Origin: a virus
Virus record (IMG/VR): IMGVR_UViG_3300032298_000540
Location: 1-64,000 of that record
Reading direction: 5' to 3' (one strand)
Length of the DNA: 64,000 nucleotides
The notes beneath the pieces were generated by a model, which made no database searches, was not told the DNA's origin, and was given only the letters and a program-made list of their open reading frames with translations. Below are positions 36,385 through 45,642 of this stretch, piece after piece (position 1 is the stretch's first letter; the number at the start of each line of letters is the position of its first letter). Both the position numbers and the translations under genes were made by a program.

Positions 36385-36960
36385 TTAATAAAGAACACGG
36401 CCTTTCTCTTCGTAAACATCAATGAATCTTTGGGTAGCGTCTCCAGAGTTATCCTTAGGTTGTAGGTAGACTAGTAAACTTGTACACGTCCGGTGTTTAT
36501 CTATTCCTTTGCTGGAATATCTAATTAATTCAGGAGGTGTTTTAAGGATACAAATAGGAAAATCAAATATTTTTTGCTCGTATCGAATCATGTCAGGACA
36601 GTTGGTAAAAAATAGACCCTGCTCAATTTCATTATTCAACCAAGCACGATACAACCTCTGGAACCACACAGCATGAGATGACGTAACAGTACCAGCACTA
36701 ACCCGCGTCATCTTCCATTTGTCTAACGCTTTATTAAAAAAGTAAGATCCACTAGGTGGAAATAAATATACCTTACCAAACCACTGTTGTGCATTAAGAC
36801 CATCATCTTGAGGTGTGAAATATTTTATAGCGCCTACGTATTCATTTGCAGTGTGGGAACTAGCTGGATCCAAGTCAATTTCACCCATCAACATATGAGC
36901 AGCTGCCGCTAGATCAGAGTTTGTAATTAACTCTTGATCTTCTTTCCTTAATGGTTTCAT
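36385..36960 (-). CDS. Phage Dam-like N6-adenine methyltransferase homolog with atypical motif IV
   Basis: IDLDPAS...AN...FT..DDGL...W.GKVYLFPPS (NPPY expected). Confidence 0.7.
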   Translation of the reverse strand: MKPLRKEDQELITNSDLAAAAHMLMGEIDLDPASSHTANEYVGAIKYFTPQDDGLNAQQWFGKVYLFPPSGSYFFNKALDKWKMTRVSAGTVTSSHAVWFQRLYRAWLNNEIEQGLFFTNCPDMIRYEQKIFDFPICILKTPPELIRYSSKGIDKHRTCTSLLVYLQPKDNSGDATQRFIDVYEEKGRVLY

Positions 36961-37343
36961 TGGTCTGTTAACTGGTTGTAGTCTATTTGGAAATAGCGAA
37001 TGCCATCGTTATCATTGATGATATAACCAGCACTTGCTTCTGGATCAATCTTTTGAGCTGACTCAAGAATACGTCGCAAACTTTCTGCTAGATCACCATT
37101 ATCATCTTGTTCACACGTTTCTTTTGCTAAATGAATTTCTTGAAGCGTCCAGTAAAACATACTACGTTCTTGTGACGTAGGCTGAAATACCATAACACCA
37201 GGACCTTCGGTATTCCAAAAATTAATATACATTTTACCCATATCACTAAGGATAAAACGCACCGTGGTATCAAGGATCTTAGCCTTCTCTTGTGAGAAGT
37301 CTTTATCTAATAGGGTTGATAGTAAACGCTCACGTTTGTTCAT
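36957..37343 (-). CDS. Hypothetical protein
   Basis: 128 aa, ATGA coupling on both sides. Confidence 0.7.
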   Translation of the reverse strand: MNKRERLLSTLLDKDFSQEKAKILDTTVRFILSDMGKMYINFWNTEGPGVMVFQPTSQERSMFYWTLQEIHLAKETCEQDDNGDLAESLRRILESAQKIDPEASAGYIINDNDGIRYFQIDYNQLTDQ

Positions 37344-37798
37344 GATTGCACCAGGTTTTGTTTAACAAGAGATTCAAGAAGTTTAGGGAGGGGTTGGTAA
37401 ACACACACCATTTTACCAATGGCACCACGACGTTTGATCAGTACACCTTCATCATCTTTTAATTTATCAAATTCTTTAGCTCTAATCAAGTATTCAGCTA
37501 CACACCTTAACCTTCTCTTAAGAGATAATTCGGCTTGTGGAAATCTTCCACAGATTGTATCAGGTTGCATGTTAGCAAAAGCGATACGAAGTCTATTGGC
37601 AAGAGTCAAACTTGAATTAGCATCTTCCTCTTCATAATCTCTTATGTTTTTCAGGTATCGTTGCAGACAACCATCGTCAAAAGAGCCAGAAGGAGGCAGG
37701 AAAATTTTAACCTGCTTGCCAATAATACTAGGTAGTAATTGAGAATAGTTCTCAAGAGTGACGGTTGTAACGTCCAAGTCTTCAATTAGATGTGACAT
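37340..37798 (-). CDS. Hypothetical protein
   Basis: Likely start MSHLIED just after the stop of 37800-38207. Confidence 0.7.
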   Translation of the reverse strand: MSHLIEDLDVTTVTLENYSQLLPSIIGKQVKIFLPPSGSFDDGCLQRYLKNIRDYEEEDANSSLTLANRLRIAFANMQPDTICGRFPQAELSLKRRLRCVAEYLIRAKEFDKLKDDEGVLIKRRGAIGKMVCVYQPLPKLLESLVKQNLVQS

Positions 37799-37799
37799 A

Positions 37800-38207
37800 T
37801 CATAAGTGACTGCTATGACTACTTTGGTACAAAGATCTGTTCCTGAAATCAGTGACGTCTGCTTCTCTGTTCTTAGCAAAAGAACGGATCAGCTCATTCC
37901 AGGGAATCCTAATGATAGCCTTTTTATTTTCTCTTGGGCAAATATTAATATAATGAATGCCTTCAATCCAACCTTTACCTTGAGTACTTTTAGATTGAGC
38001 GATCCAATTCCTGATGGTTTGATCTGATATCCCTAATCGTTTTGCACATTCCTCAGTCGAAATATATTCATCTGCATAAAGCTCTGGATTCATCAGATCA
38101 GTTTCTTCTGTCTTGTAGCGAGAATGCCACATGGAACCTAAGATTGTCCTAATACCTTTCAACTCAGCTGCAATGTCCTCAAGACCTTTTCTTAACCCGT
38201 AATTCAT
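37800..38207 (-). CDS. Excisionase-type HTH DNA-binding protein
   Basis: YISTEECAKRLGISDQTIRNWI...GW.EGIHY. Confidence 0.8.
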   Translation of the reverse strand: MNYGLRKGLEDIAAELKGIRTILGSMWHSRYKTEETDLMNPELYADEYISTEECAKRLGISDQTIRNWIAQSKSTQGKGWIEGIHYINICPRENKKAIIRIPWNELIRSFAKNREADVTDFRNRSLYQSSHSSHL

Positions 38208-38260
38208 AATGTCAATATAACTTTTTTTATGCTAGCTTTAAATCAAGTAAATTGTCACTC

Positions 38261-38554
38261 ATGGAAGAAAATCAAGTTCCTGCCAGCATGCCTCCTCAGA
38301 CCCTTCCTACAATAGAAGATTACCTAACACCTGAAAACCTGGAGCAGCTTAAAGCACAGGCTCGTATGCAAGCTATGCAAGCAGCAAGAGTACAGGTACC
38401 TTCACCTGGAAGAGTTGTTTATGTACGACGAAATCTAACTGTTGCTGAACTTATTGTTGTATTTTTAATTTCCTGTGGTCTTGTTTTAGGTATCCAGGGA
38501 ACCTGGCATCTTGTCAACAATCTTCCTCGCATTGAAGTTAAGTGGAGTAAGTAA
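38261..38554 (+). CDS. Membrane protein
   Basis: C-terminal TM helix; divergent from HTH gene. Confidence 0.6.
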   Translation: MEENQVPASMPPQTLPTIEDYLTPENLEQLKAQARMQAMQAARVQVPSPGRVVYVRRNLTVAELIVVFLISCGLVLGIQGTWHLVNNLPRIEVKWSK

Positions 38555-38596
38555 AAGGGACCTATAATTAAAATAGGAGTATTTGTTGCTTAATAG

Positions 38597-40348
38597 ATGG
38601 CTAACAGAAGGATATCCGAACTTCCTTTATTAGATGGTACGCAGGTAGCAGAACAAGATCTGTTTACTGTGGTTCATGTATTTGAAGTCGATCCAACGTT
38701 AAAAAATAAAAAAATTACCGTATCAGGCTTAAAACAATATCTAGATACATATTACCTAACAGCTAGTGGATCTACAGTTTACGGTTCTTTAGTCGTTCAA
38801 AATAATTTAACAACGTCAGGGCTTATAGTATCCAATTTATCAACTCTTTCAAATGTAATTGTACAGAATAATTTAACAACGTCAGGCACAATAAGTGGAG
38901 CTACTATAACCGGTAATACGGGACAATTTACAAATATCACATTTGTTAACGGTGTTGGCACCACTCAAATTTCAGGTGCTTTAATCACTGGTGACACAGG
39001 GCTTTTTACAACAATCACTGGCGCTAGTGGAATTTTTACTAGTTATTTATTCGGTGCAACAATCACTGGTAATCAAGTCAGTGCGACAACAGGTACTTTT
39101 GGAACTTTAGTTACCAGTGGACATACTGTTCAAAACGATCTAACTGTATCCGGAAATCTTAGGGTTTTAGGATCAGGTTCTTTTGCTTCTGGTGTAACAG
39201 TAACAGGAACGCTAAGCGGAACTACCATTACTGGAACAACGGCCAATTTTACATCTGGTAATTACAGCACACTGAGTGGCACCACAGTTACCGGCGATGT
39301 TGGGCAATTTACTTCAGTCACAGGTATATCAGGTGTATTCACTACTCAATTATCAGGATCAACTGTTACAGGTAACGTTGGACAATTTACTTCAGTAACT
39401 GGGATATCTGGTATATTCACTACTCAACTATCAGGGACAACCATTACTGGTAATCAAATCAATGCAACAAGTGGTACGTTTGAAACACTAGTTACCAGTG
39501 GACATACTGTTCAAAACAATCTTACTGTATCAGGAAATTTAAATGTACTTGGTTCAGGATCTTTTGCTTCAGGTGTAACGGTAACGGGAACTTTAAGTGG
39601 AACCACAATCACAGGAACTACAGCACAATTCACCACAATCACAGGAAGCGTTGCAGGATTTACCAGTATTACTGGAATAACTGTAACTGGTACCACCGCT
39701 AATTTTGCTACTGTTTCAGGAACAACAACTACTGGTACAACTGCAAACTTTGCATCAGGTGTATTCAGCGCACAAATATCAGGAGCAATCGTAACAGGAA
39801 ATACTGGTCAGTTTACTACTCTTACAGGAGGAGCAGCTGGATTTACTTCTGTTACAGGAACAACTGTTACAGGTACAACTGCTAATTTTGTTACTCTTTC
39901 AGGAACAACAGTAACAGGAAATGCAGGCCAATTTACAACTATTACTGGTGACATTGTTAATTTCACAAGTGTTACAGGAATTACCGTAACAGCGACAACG
40001 GGTGTTTTCGCTAACCTTACTTTCACCAATGTAACAGTATCAGGAAACCTTAACGTATTTGGCTCAGGTTATTTTTCATCTGGTGTAAATATAAGTGGAA
40101 CTTTAAGCGGAGTAACAATTACAGGAACAACAGCACAATTTACATCAATCACAGGAGGCACAGCAGGTTTCACTACTGTTACCGGCACGACGGTGACAGG
40201 TGCAACCGCTCTATTTACAAACATAACTGGAACAACACTACATGTAACAACCCCATCTGGTGCCACACCTGCAATCATTTGTTCAGGTGTTGTCTCTGGT
40301 AGTACAGCAGGATTTATTATTCAAGGGCCATTAATAATTCTTCCCTAA
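38597..40348 (+). CDS. Tail fibre-like protein with T/G-rich repeats
   Basis: MANRRISELP N-terminus; many TG.T..FT...G repeats; internal duplication with 381-nt offset (39110 vs 39491). Confidence 0.8.
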   Translation: MANRRISELPLLDGTQVAEQDLFTVVHVFEVDPTLKNKKITVSGLKQYLDTYYLTASGSTVYGSLVVQNNLTTSGLIVSNLSTLSNVIVQNNLTTSGTISGATITGNTGQFTNITFVNGVGTTQISGALITGDTGLFTTITGASGIFTSYLFGATITGNQVSATTGTFGTLVTSGHTVQNDLTVSGNLRVLGSGSFASGVTVTGTLSGTTITGTTANFTSGNYSTLSGTTVTGDVGQFTSVTGISGVFTTQLSGSTVTGNVGQFTSVTGISGIFTTQLSGTTITGNQINATSGTFETLVTSGHTVQNNLTVSGNLNVLGSGSFASGVTVTGTLSGTTITGTTAQFTTITGSVAGFTSITGITVTGTTANFATVSGTTTTGTTANFASGVFSAQISGAIVTGNTGQFTTLTGGAAGFTSVTGTTVTGTTANFVTLSGTTVTGNAGQFTTITGDIVNFTSVTGITVTATTGVFANLTFTNVTVSGNLNVFGSGYFSSGVNISGTLSGVTITGTTAQFTSITGGTAGFTTVTGTTVTGATALFTNITGTTLHVTTPSGATPAIICSGVVSGSTAGFIIQGPLIILP

Positions 40349-40396
40349 TTTCGATCAAGTTTTTGAAGCTATAATTAAAAAAACAGTTAAATAACC

Positions 40397-42742
40397 ATGC
40401 CATACGGAACCGTTAAGGTAGACAACGTCACCTTTACCAACAATTCAGTAGACGCAACAACCACTTTTTCTGGTATCTATGCATCAATAACAAATAATTT
40501 AACGTTATCAGGAACAGCAACAGCAGCTACTTTTACTGGTACCACAGCTAATTTTACTAACGTAAACGCTCAAAATATTGGTGTAACAACTTCATTAAGC
40601 GGGCTTGCTATTACAGGGGGTACAGCAGGTTTTACTACTGTTACTGGTACAACTGTCACAGGAACAACGGCTAATTTTGTAACTGTTTCTGGTACTACGG
40701 TAACAGGAACAACAGCAAGATTTATCAGTGGAGTATTTACAAGTCTCAGTGGGACAACACATACTATTACATCAGGAGTTTTTGCGTCAGGTACTGCAGC
40801 TCTTCCAAGTATAAGTTTTGTAAGTGATCCAAACACAGGTATCTACAGCCCTGGTGCAGACCAAGTAGCCATCTCAACTAGTGGCACGGAGAGGGTACGC
40901 ATTGATGCCAGCGGGAACGTAGTTATAGGCACAACAACTCCTACAAGTACAACATATCCTTTCTATGTTGAATCATCAACGGGTATTTTTATAAGTAATG
41001 GGTCTAACGTTGCCGCCACATCTCCTTCGTTTTCTGTAAGCCGCCGCAGAACTTCACTTGCTTCTGTAACCAGTGGAGACAGCCTTGGAAAGTTTAATAG
41101 TTTTGGTTGGGATGGCACAGGTTTTGTTGAAGCCTCACGCATTGAAACATTAGTAGACGGCACCCCCGGCACTAACGATATGCCGGGTCGTTTGGTTTTC
41201 AGTACCACGCCAGACGGCTCAGCTACTCCAACCGAACGCCTACGCATTACTTCCGCAGGGCTGGTAGGTCTGGGGACTAGTAGCCCTGGCGCGCTGCTCG
41301 ACGTAGCAACCAGTGATGGTAGCTCAACTGCCACAGTTCGAATTAGTAACACATCTACAGCCGCTACAGGCAACGCATCTACAGCAGCGCTTGAGTTCTA
41401 TTCCGGCGATCTATCAACCCCAGCAGGCGCTTCTGTTCGTGCCAAGATTGACATCTTTGCCAACACTAATGGCGGAGCAAGCGATCTTCGTTTTCTCACC
41501 AACAATTCGAGTGGCGGGATTGATGAGCGCCTGCGTATCGACTCCTCAGGCCGCTTGGGTCTGGGGACTATTACCCCTAATTCAACCTTTCACGCAAAAA
41601 CAGGATCACAGTTTGACGCGACACTTGCAGTAACTACTCCCGGCATCTTTATTGAGCAAACAGGAGGAACAGCAGGCAGTGGTGTCTATTCAACTGCTTT
41701 GACACTAAGCAAAATTAATAGCAGTCGCCCCGGTGCTGCAATTGCGTCTGTGCAAACAAGCGCAGATGACGACCAGCTTGGTCTCGCTTTTCTTACCCAT
41801 TCTTCGGCCGTGTCAACTGATGCTCTTGCCGAGGCCATGCGTATTACGCACGGAGGGCTAGTAGGGATTGGCACTACTAGCCCTGGCGAAAAACTACAAG
41901 TCAACGGAAACATCCGAACGTCGGGCGATGCTGGAACTGGGTATGAGTTGAATGATGCGAATACAAAAATTTCTATCCCCGCTGCAAACTCAATAGCATT
42001 TAGTACCAGCTCATTAGAACGCGCCCGCATCGACAACTCCGGCAGGCTCTTAGTGGGGACTTCTACGGCAGTTAGTACTTTTAATTATTTAGGTACAGAT
42101 CGCACTCCACGCTTTCAAGTATTTGGCGATGACCTTAATAACGGAGCTGCAGCAATTGTCCGCTCTGGACATGCTCCTTCTTTGTTTTTTGGATCAGGTG
42201 CAAGTGGAAGTGATATAACCATTAGCAATACAGTTGCTCGACTGGTATTTAGCGGTTATCACACGGACAAATACTATACGACTGCTGATATTCAAGTTCA
42301 AATAGACGGCACCCCTGGTGTTGGCGACATGCCGGGCAGATTGGTCTTTAATATCACGCCAGACGGTTCGGCTACTACTGTAGAAGCTTTACGCATCACA
42401 AATGATCGGGTTATTGCTTACAACCAACCCACACCAACCAGCAAAAGTGCCGCTGCCACACTTACAATAGCTGAATTAAAGACCAAGATAATTGAATATA
42501 CAGGTGCTGTCGCAACACTTACGTTGCCAACTGGAACACTTATGGAAGGCGGCTTTAGCGGGATTTACACCAATATGGCATTTGAATGGTCAGTAATCAA
42601 TACTGGTGCCGGAATCTGCACTGTTGCCGCTGGCACTGACCATACTGTCGTTGGTAGTGGTGCTGTTGCAATCAGTGCATCAGCGCGATTTGCTTCACGG
42701 CGAACTGCTGCAAATACCTTTGTCTCTTATCGCGTAAGCTAA
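40397..42742 (+). CDS. Tail fibre / receptor-binding protein
   Basis: GTAALPSISF..DPNTGIY, repeated ER.RI.SSG.VG.GT and DMPGRLVF.TT.DG modules. Confidence 0.85.
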   Translation: MPYGTVKVDNVTFTNNSVDATTTFSGIYASITNNLTLSGTATAATFTGTTANFTNVNAQNIGVTTSLSGLAITGGTAGFTTVTGTTVTGTTANFVTVSGTTVTGTTARFISGVFTSLSGTTHTITSGVFASGTAALPSISFVSDPNTGIYSPGADQVAISTSGTERVRIDASGNVVIGTTTPTSTTYPFYVESSTGIFISNGSNVAATSPSFSVSRRRTSLASVTSGDSLGKFNSFGWDGTGFVEASRIETLVDGTPGTNDMPGRLVFSTTPDGSATPTERLRITSAGLVGLGTSSPGALLDVATSDGSSTATVRISNTSTAATGNASTAALEFYSGDLSTPAGASVRAKIDIFANTNGGASDLRFLTNNSSGGIDERLRIDSSGRLGLGTITPNSTFHAKTGSQFDATLAVTTPGIFIEQTGGTAGSGVYSTALTLSKINSSRPGAAIASVQTSADDDQLGLAFLTHSSAVSTDALAEAMRITHGGLVGIGTTSPGEKLQVNGNIRTSGDAGTGYELNDANTKISIPAANSIAFSTSSLERARIDNSGRLLVGTSTAVSTFNYLGTDRTPRFQVFGDDLNNGAAAIVRSGHAPSLFFGSGASGSDITISNTVARLVFSGYHTDKYYTTADIQVQIDGTPGVGDMPGRLVFNITPDGSATTVEALRITNDRVIAYNQPTPTSKSAAATLTIAELKTKIIEYTGAVATLTLPTGTLMEGGFSGIYTNMAFEWSVINTGAGICTVAAGTDHTVVGSGAVAISASARFASRRTAANTFVSYRVS

Positions 42743-42838
42743 TTAGTCAACGCCACTACTGCGTCTGACACTTTTGTTGTAATATGGCAGGGCAGCGAGT
42801 TTACGGCTCCTGCCCCTGGCCACGATTCCCTAGAAACC

Positions 42839-43015
42839 ATGACCCAACAAGATTACCCCAGGTTAGCAGTCGGCTACCAGGCACCAAAGATTGATTGCCC
42901 AAAGCACGGGATTCACAGCCACACAATTGTGAGCACTATTCCAAGTCACGAAGGCTATTGGTGCCAAATTTGCTGGCTGGAGTCACTTGGTGAACCTCTG
43001 CCTGTAGTTGAGTAA
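42839..43015 (+). CDS. Small putative Zn-binding protein (58 aa)
   Basis: CPKHG...WCQIC. Confidence 0.55.
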   Translation: MTQQDYPRLAVGYQAPKIDCPKHGIHSHTIVSTIPSHEGYWCQICWLESLGEPLPVVE

Positions 43016-43063
43016 TCATTCCCACTCGTCTATCCTATAGTCCTACAGCCACCCAAACTGCCC

Positions 43064-43243
43064 ATGACTAATACCTATATCGAGATCAGCACCGAAGACA
43101 ACAAGGAAGACGTGACCGGACTGGTCAAGCACGTCGCTGATCGAACCCCTGGCGTCACCGTTGAAACCAAAGAAGGCGGCGGCATCAAGATGACTGGTGA
43201 TGCCAAGATCAGAATCTCAGGCGGCGCCATCAAGTTTGGCTAA
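43064..43243 (+). CDS. Small hypothetical protein (59 aa)
   Basis: Clean ORF with GC-richer codon usage. Confidence 0.5.
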   Translation: MTNTYIEISTEDNKEDVTGLVKHVADRTPGVTVETKEGGGIKMTGDAKIRISGGAIKFG

Positions 43244-43424
43244 CTCATTTCTGGGGTGTTATCACCCCCAACTTGAGTAGTCAACTCAGGGTTAGTGTTC
43301 AACTTGCTGAACATAATACTTTTGCGCACCACAGGTCTGGCAAGCATGTTTTTTGTTTGCTAGACTTGGTTTTTTACGATTTCAACAAAAGGCTATTCTA
43401 TGAAAATTCTAGTTAGGGCAAGCA

Positions 43425-43760
43425 ATGTCTATTGACGACACTTCAGTTACAAGAACTCAACCCTCCTGGCGCCAACTAGCTGTTATTCCTGAGTCGGTAC
43501 TCAAGGCATCCGTACTTAAAGCTTGTGGTGTAGTACCACCTGCTGCTGGAGTAAGTCGTACATTTGACGGTGGTAGCTTTCGCGTATTCGCAAATGTCTC
43601 CCCTGGTACACACAATACCGAGGGTGTGTGGTTTACGTTGTACCAGGACACAGGCTCACAACTGTTTACTAACCCTAAACAATTATTAAAAGCAGTACGT
43701 ACATCACCAGGTACAGCTACAGGTGATGCCATAAGAACTTGGTTTACGTTTTTTACCTAA
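43425..43760 (+). CDS. Hypothetical protein
   Basis: 111-aa ORF. Confidence 0.55.
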   Translation: MSIDDTSVTRTQPSWRQLAVIPESVLKASVLKACGVVPPAAGVSRTFDGGSFRVFANVSPGTHNTEGVWFTLYQDTGSQLFTNPKQLLKAVRTSPGTATGDAIRTWFTFFT

Positions 43761-43869
43761 CCTACATCCTGACTAGACAACACTAGACTTAATTTTATTA
43801 TTACCGTATGATAAGCTTTAGATTTATAATCGGAAATTATCCGACTTTGTACTTAAAAAGGAACATCAA

Positions 43870-44040
43870 ATGACACCACAACAAAACGACGTCCTGCAAG
43901 CTGCTGTTGATTTAGTAAATGGTGGAATGGACACGGAAGAAGCATTGGGCTGTTACCGCGTTATTTCTCAATATGTTCTAAATACAATTCCCCCTGACGC
44001 TAAGGAGATTGACGAGCAAGTTGAAACAACTAATCTTTAA
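43870..44040 (+). CDS. Small hypothetical protein (56 aa)
   Basis: AAGGA SD, MTPQQNDVLQAAV... Confidence 0.5.
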   Translation: MTPQQNDVLQAAVDLVNGGMDTEEALGCYRVISQYVLNTIPPDAKEIDEQVETTNL

Positions 44041-44773
44041 GTAATGTAAGCACTGAAGTCAACCAGTTTTTTTGATAGCTTTTAACTCTCCTTGGGGCGC
44101 CATCCACATATTGAATGCGTGTTGGAGGCTCTTGTTTAAACTCAACACGGTATTTTTGAGCAACAAATTTACCAACATTACTCATTTGATTACGTGGTAA
44201 ATTCTTTTGGAATAACTCTAGATAAGCATCACTTATGGTTATTTCCTCGTCCCCAGGGGGAAGAAGAAAGTCTGAGTTAACACGCATTGCGTTATTTCTA
44301 GCTAAATCTGAAAACAAAATACGATCCCTATCTTCAAGGCACCCTAACTCTTTAATAAAATCTACAGATTCTTTTAACAAGTTAAGTATATTTGCACCAG
44401 AAATGGCAGGTTGTGGTTCAGCTTTTTGTTTTTGTGTATTTTCAAATTGTTCAAGAAACCAACCATCCATCCACACTGCGAATGGTGCATTGATCCAGCG
44501 AGCCAAGTCAATAGCAATCTGAGGATGAACCCAGGTACCGCCACCCTGGCCCTGGTGGGACTCGATCAGGTCAAACATCCGAATTTCGGAGGTTTCAGCC
44601 AGAGCATCGAGATAGGTCTGACAACGTTCGCTTTCCCGGTACTTCGACCATTGTTTGCCGTTGGCCTTGCACATGGCAGTGGCGTTAACGTAACCATCAG
44701 TGGTGCGCCGAGAGATCGGAGTGTCGTTCCATACACGAACAACAAGTGAGTCAGAGGGTGTTAGGCTATCCAT
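44030..44773 (-). CDS. KilA-N domain protein
   Basis: RRTTDGYVNATAMCKANGK.W..Y...GGGTWVHPQIAIDLARWI. Confidence 0.9.
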   Translation of the reverse strand: MDSLTPSDSLVVRVWNDTPISRRTTDGYVNATAMCKANGKQWSKYRESERCQTYLDALAETSEIRMFDLIESHQGQGGGTWVHPQIAIDLARWINAPFAVWMDGWFLEQFENTQKQKAEPQPAISGANILNLLKESVDFIKELGCLEDRDRILFSDLARNNAMRVNSDFLLPPGDEEITISDAYLELFQKNLPRNQMSNVGKFVAQKYRVEFKQEPPTRIQYVDGAPRRVKSYQKNWLTSVLTLLKD

Positions 44774-44781
44774 GAGAAGGT

Positions 44782-44819
44782 AAGGACGGGGTAACAGCCG
44801 TCCTTTTTTTATGGTAGCA
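44782..44819 (-). promoter_or_regulatory. Extended -10 and 5' hairpin of the kilA-N gene (terminator-like on + strand)
   Basis: Minus strand TGcTACCAT then AAGGACGG-CTGTTACC-CCGTCCTT. Confidence 0.45.
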
Positions 44820-44904
44820 AAGACAGGGATTGACCAGTAGTGCGTAACAGCGTAGTGTAACCGACTAGTTTATATATTGATGTATAATAAGAAAAAAGAG
44901 TTTT

Positions 44905-45231
44905 ATGACTGACGTTACTCCTGCTACACCTGAATGGAATATTGCTCAACTCGAACGCCATCTAAGTGATGGTGCCGTCTACACCGCACACTGGACAGTA
45001 AATTTACAAGATCAAGGTGAGAGTGCTGGCTGCTACGGCAGTATTGGATTTAGTGATCCAGATCCTACTAATTTCACGCCTTATGATCAATTGACCCAAG
45101 AACAAGTCATTGGTTGGGTAAAAGATACTTTAGGAGAAGAGCAAGTCACTTCTATCGAAACAGGATTAGCTACTCAAATTGAACAGAAACTACAGCCAAC
45201 AGATGCGCAAGGGCTCCCCTGGGGCAGTTAA
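44905..45231 (+). CDS. Tail-fibre-associated small protein
   Basis: W.I..LER....G.V...HW...F.PY..LT.E.V.GWV...LG....GLPW motif typical downstream of phage fibres. Confidence 0.75.
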   Translation: MTDVTPATPEWNIAQLERHLSDGAVYTAHWTVNLQDQGESAGCYGSIGFSDPDPTNFTPYDQLTQEQVIGWVKDTLGEEQVTSIETGLATQIEQKLQPTDAQGLPWGS

Positions 45232-45264
45232 TTCTGCTATATTTTAAACAGTTATTTATTTGCC

Positions 45265-45435
45265 ATGTCTATCCAGGAAAAAATTGACAGCTCTATGGAG
45301 CAATTGCAACAAGCTGTCGATCAATACAACCAAGCTAATCAAGTAGCACAAACATCAAGGGAGCAAATTTTGTCTTTGCAAGGTGCAATTAGTGCATTGA
45401 AAGAATTGCAAAATGAGACTCCTCTTGTAGACTAA
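45265..45435 (+). CDS. Small coiled-coil protein (56 aa)
   Basis: LQGAI.ALKEL motif. Confidence 0.55.
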   Translation: MSIQEKIDSSMEQLQQAVDQYNQANQVAQTSREQILSLQGAISALKELQNETPLVD

Positions 45436-45455
45436 TACTAAACACATATAAACCC

Positions 45456-45596
45456 ATGGACCCAGCTACAGTAGCTATTGTTGCAATTGTCGTTGCCGCA
45501 GGCAGTGAAATTATTGCTTTGTCAAAACTAAAAGCAAATAGTTGGATTCAACTTTTGCTACAGGTTGCTCGTTTACTTTTTCCAAAACAAAAGTAA
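45456..45596 (+). CDS. Putative holin (46 aa)
   Basis: Hydrophobic MDPATVAIVAIVVAAGSEII...NSWIQLLL, directly before endolysin. Confidence 0.6.
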   Translation: MDPATVAIVAIVVAAGSEIIALSKLKANSWIQLLLQVARLLFPKQK

Positions 45597-45605
45597 ATTA
45601 TAAAT

Positions 45606-45636
45606 AAAACCCCTTAGACTAACTGAGGGGTTTTTT
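45606..45636. terminator. Bidirectional terminator-like hairpin
   Basis: AAAACCCCTTAG-ACTAA-CTGAGGGGTTTTTT. Confidence 0.55.
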
Positions 45637-45642
45637 AATGCC

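Noticed and set aside
39511-42036. Antisense ORFs over the tail fibre genes, and similar ones over MCP, terL and kilA-N
   Set aside because: Shadow ORFs produced by codon bias and repeats; no motifs or start signals.
38597-42742. Diversity-generating retroelement target in the tail fibres
   Set aside because: The repeats are in-frame coding duplications differing at synonymous sites, not adenine-specific TR/VR pairs, and there is no reverse transcriptase in the window.
43254-43376. Run of four short hairpins as an ncRNA
   Set aside because: Single copy with no covariation evidence; compatible with ordinary terminators.
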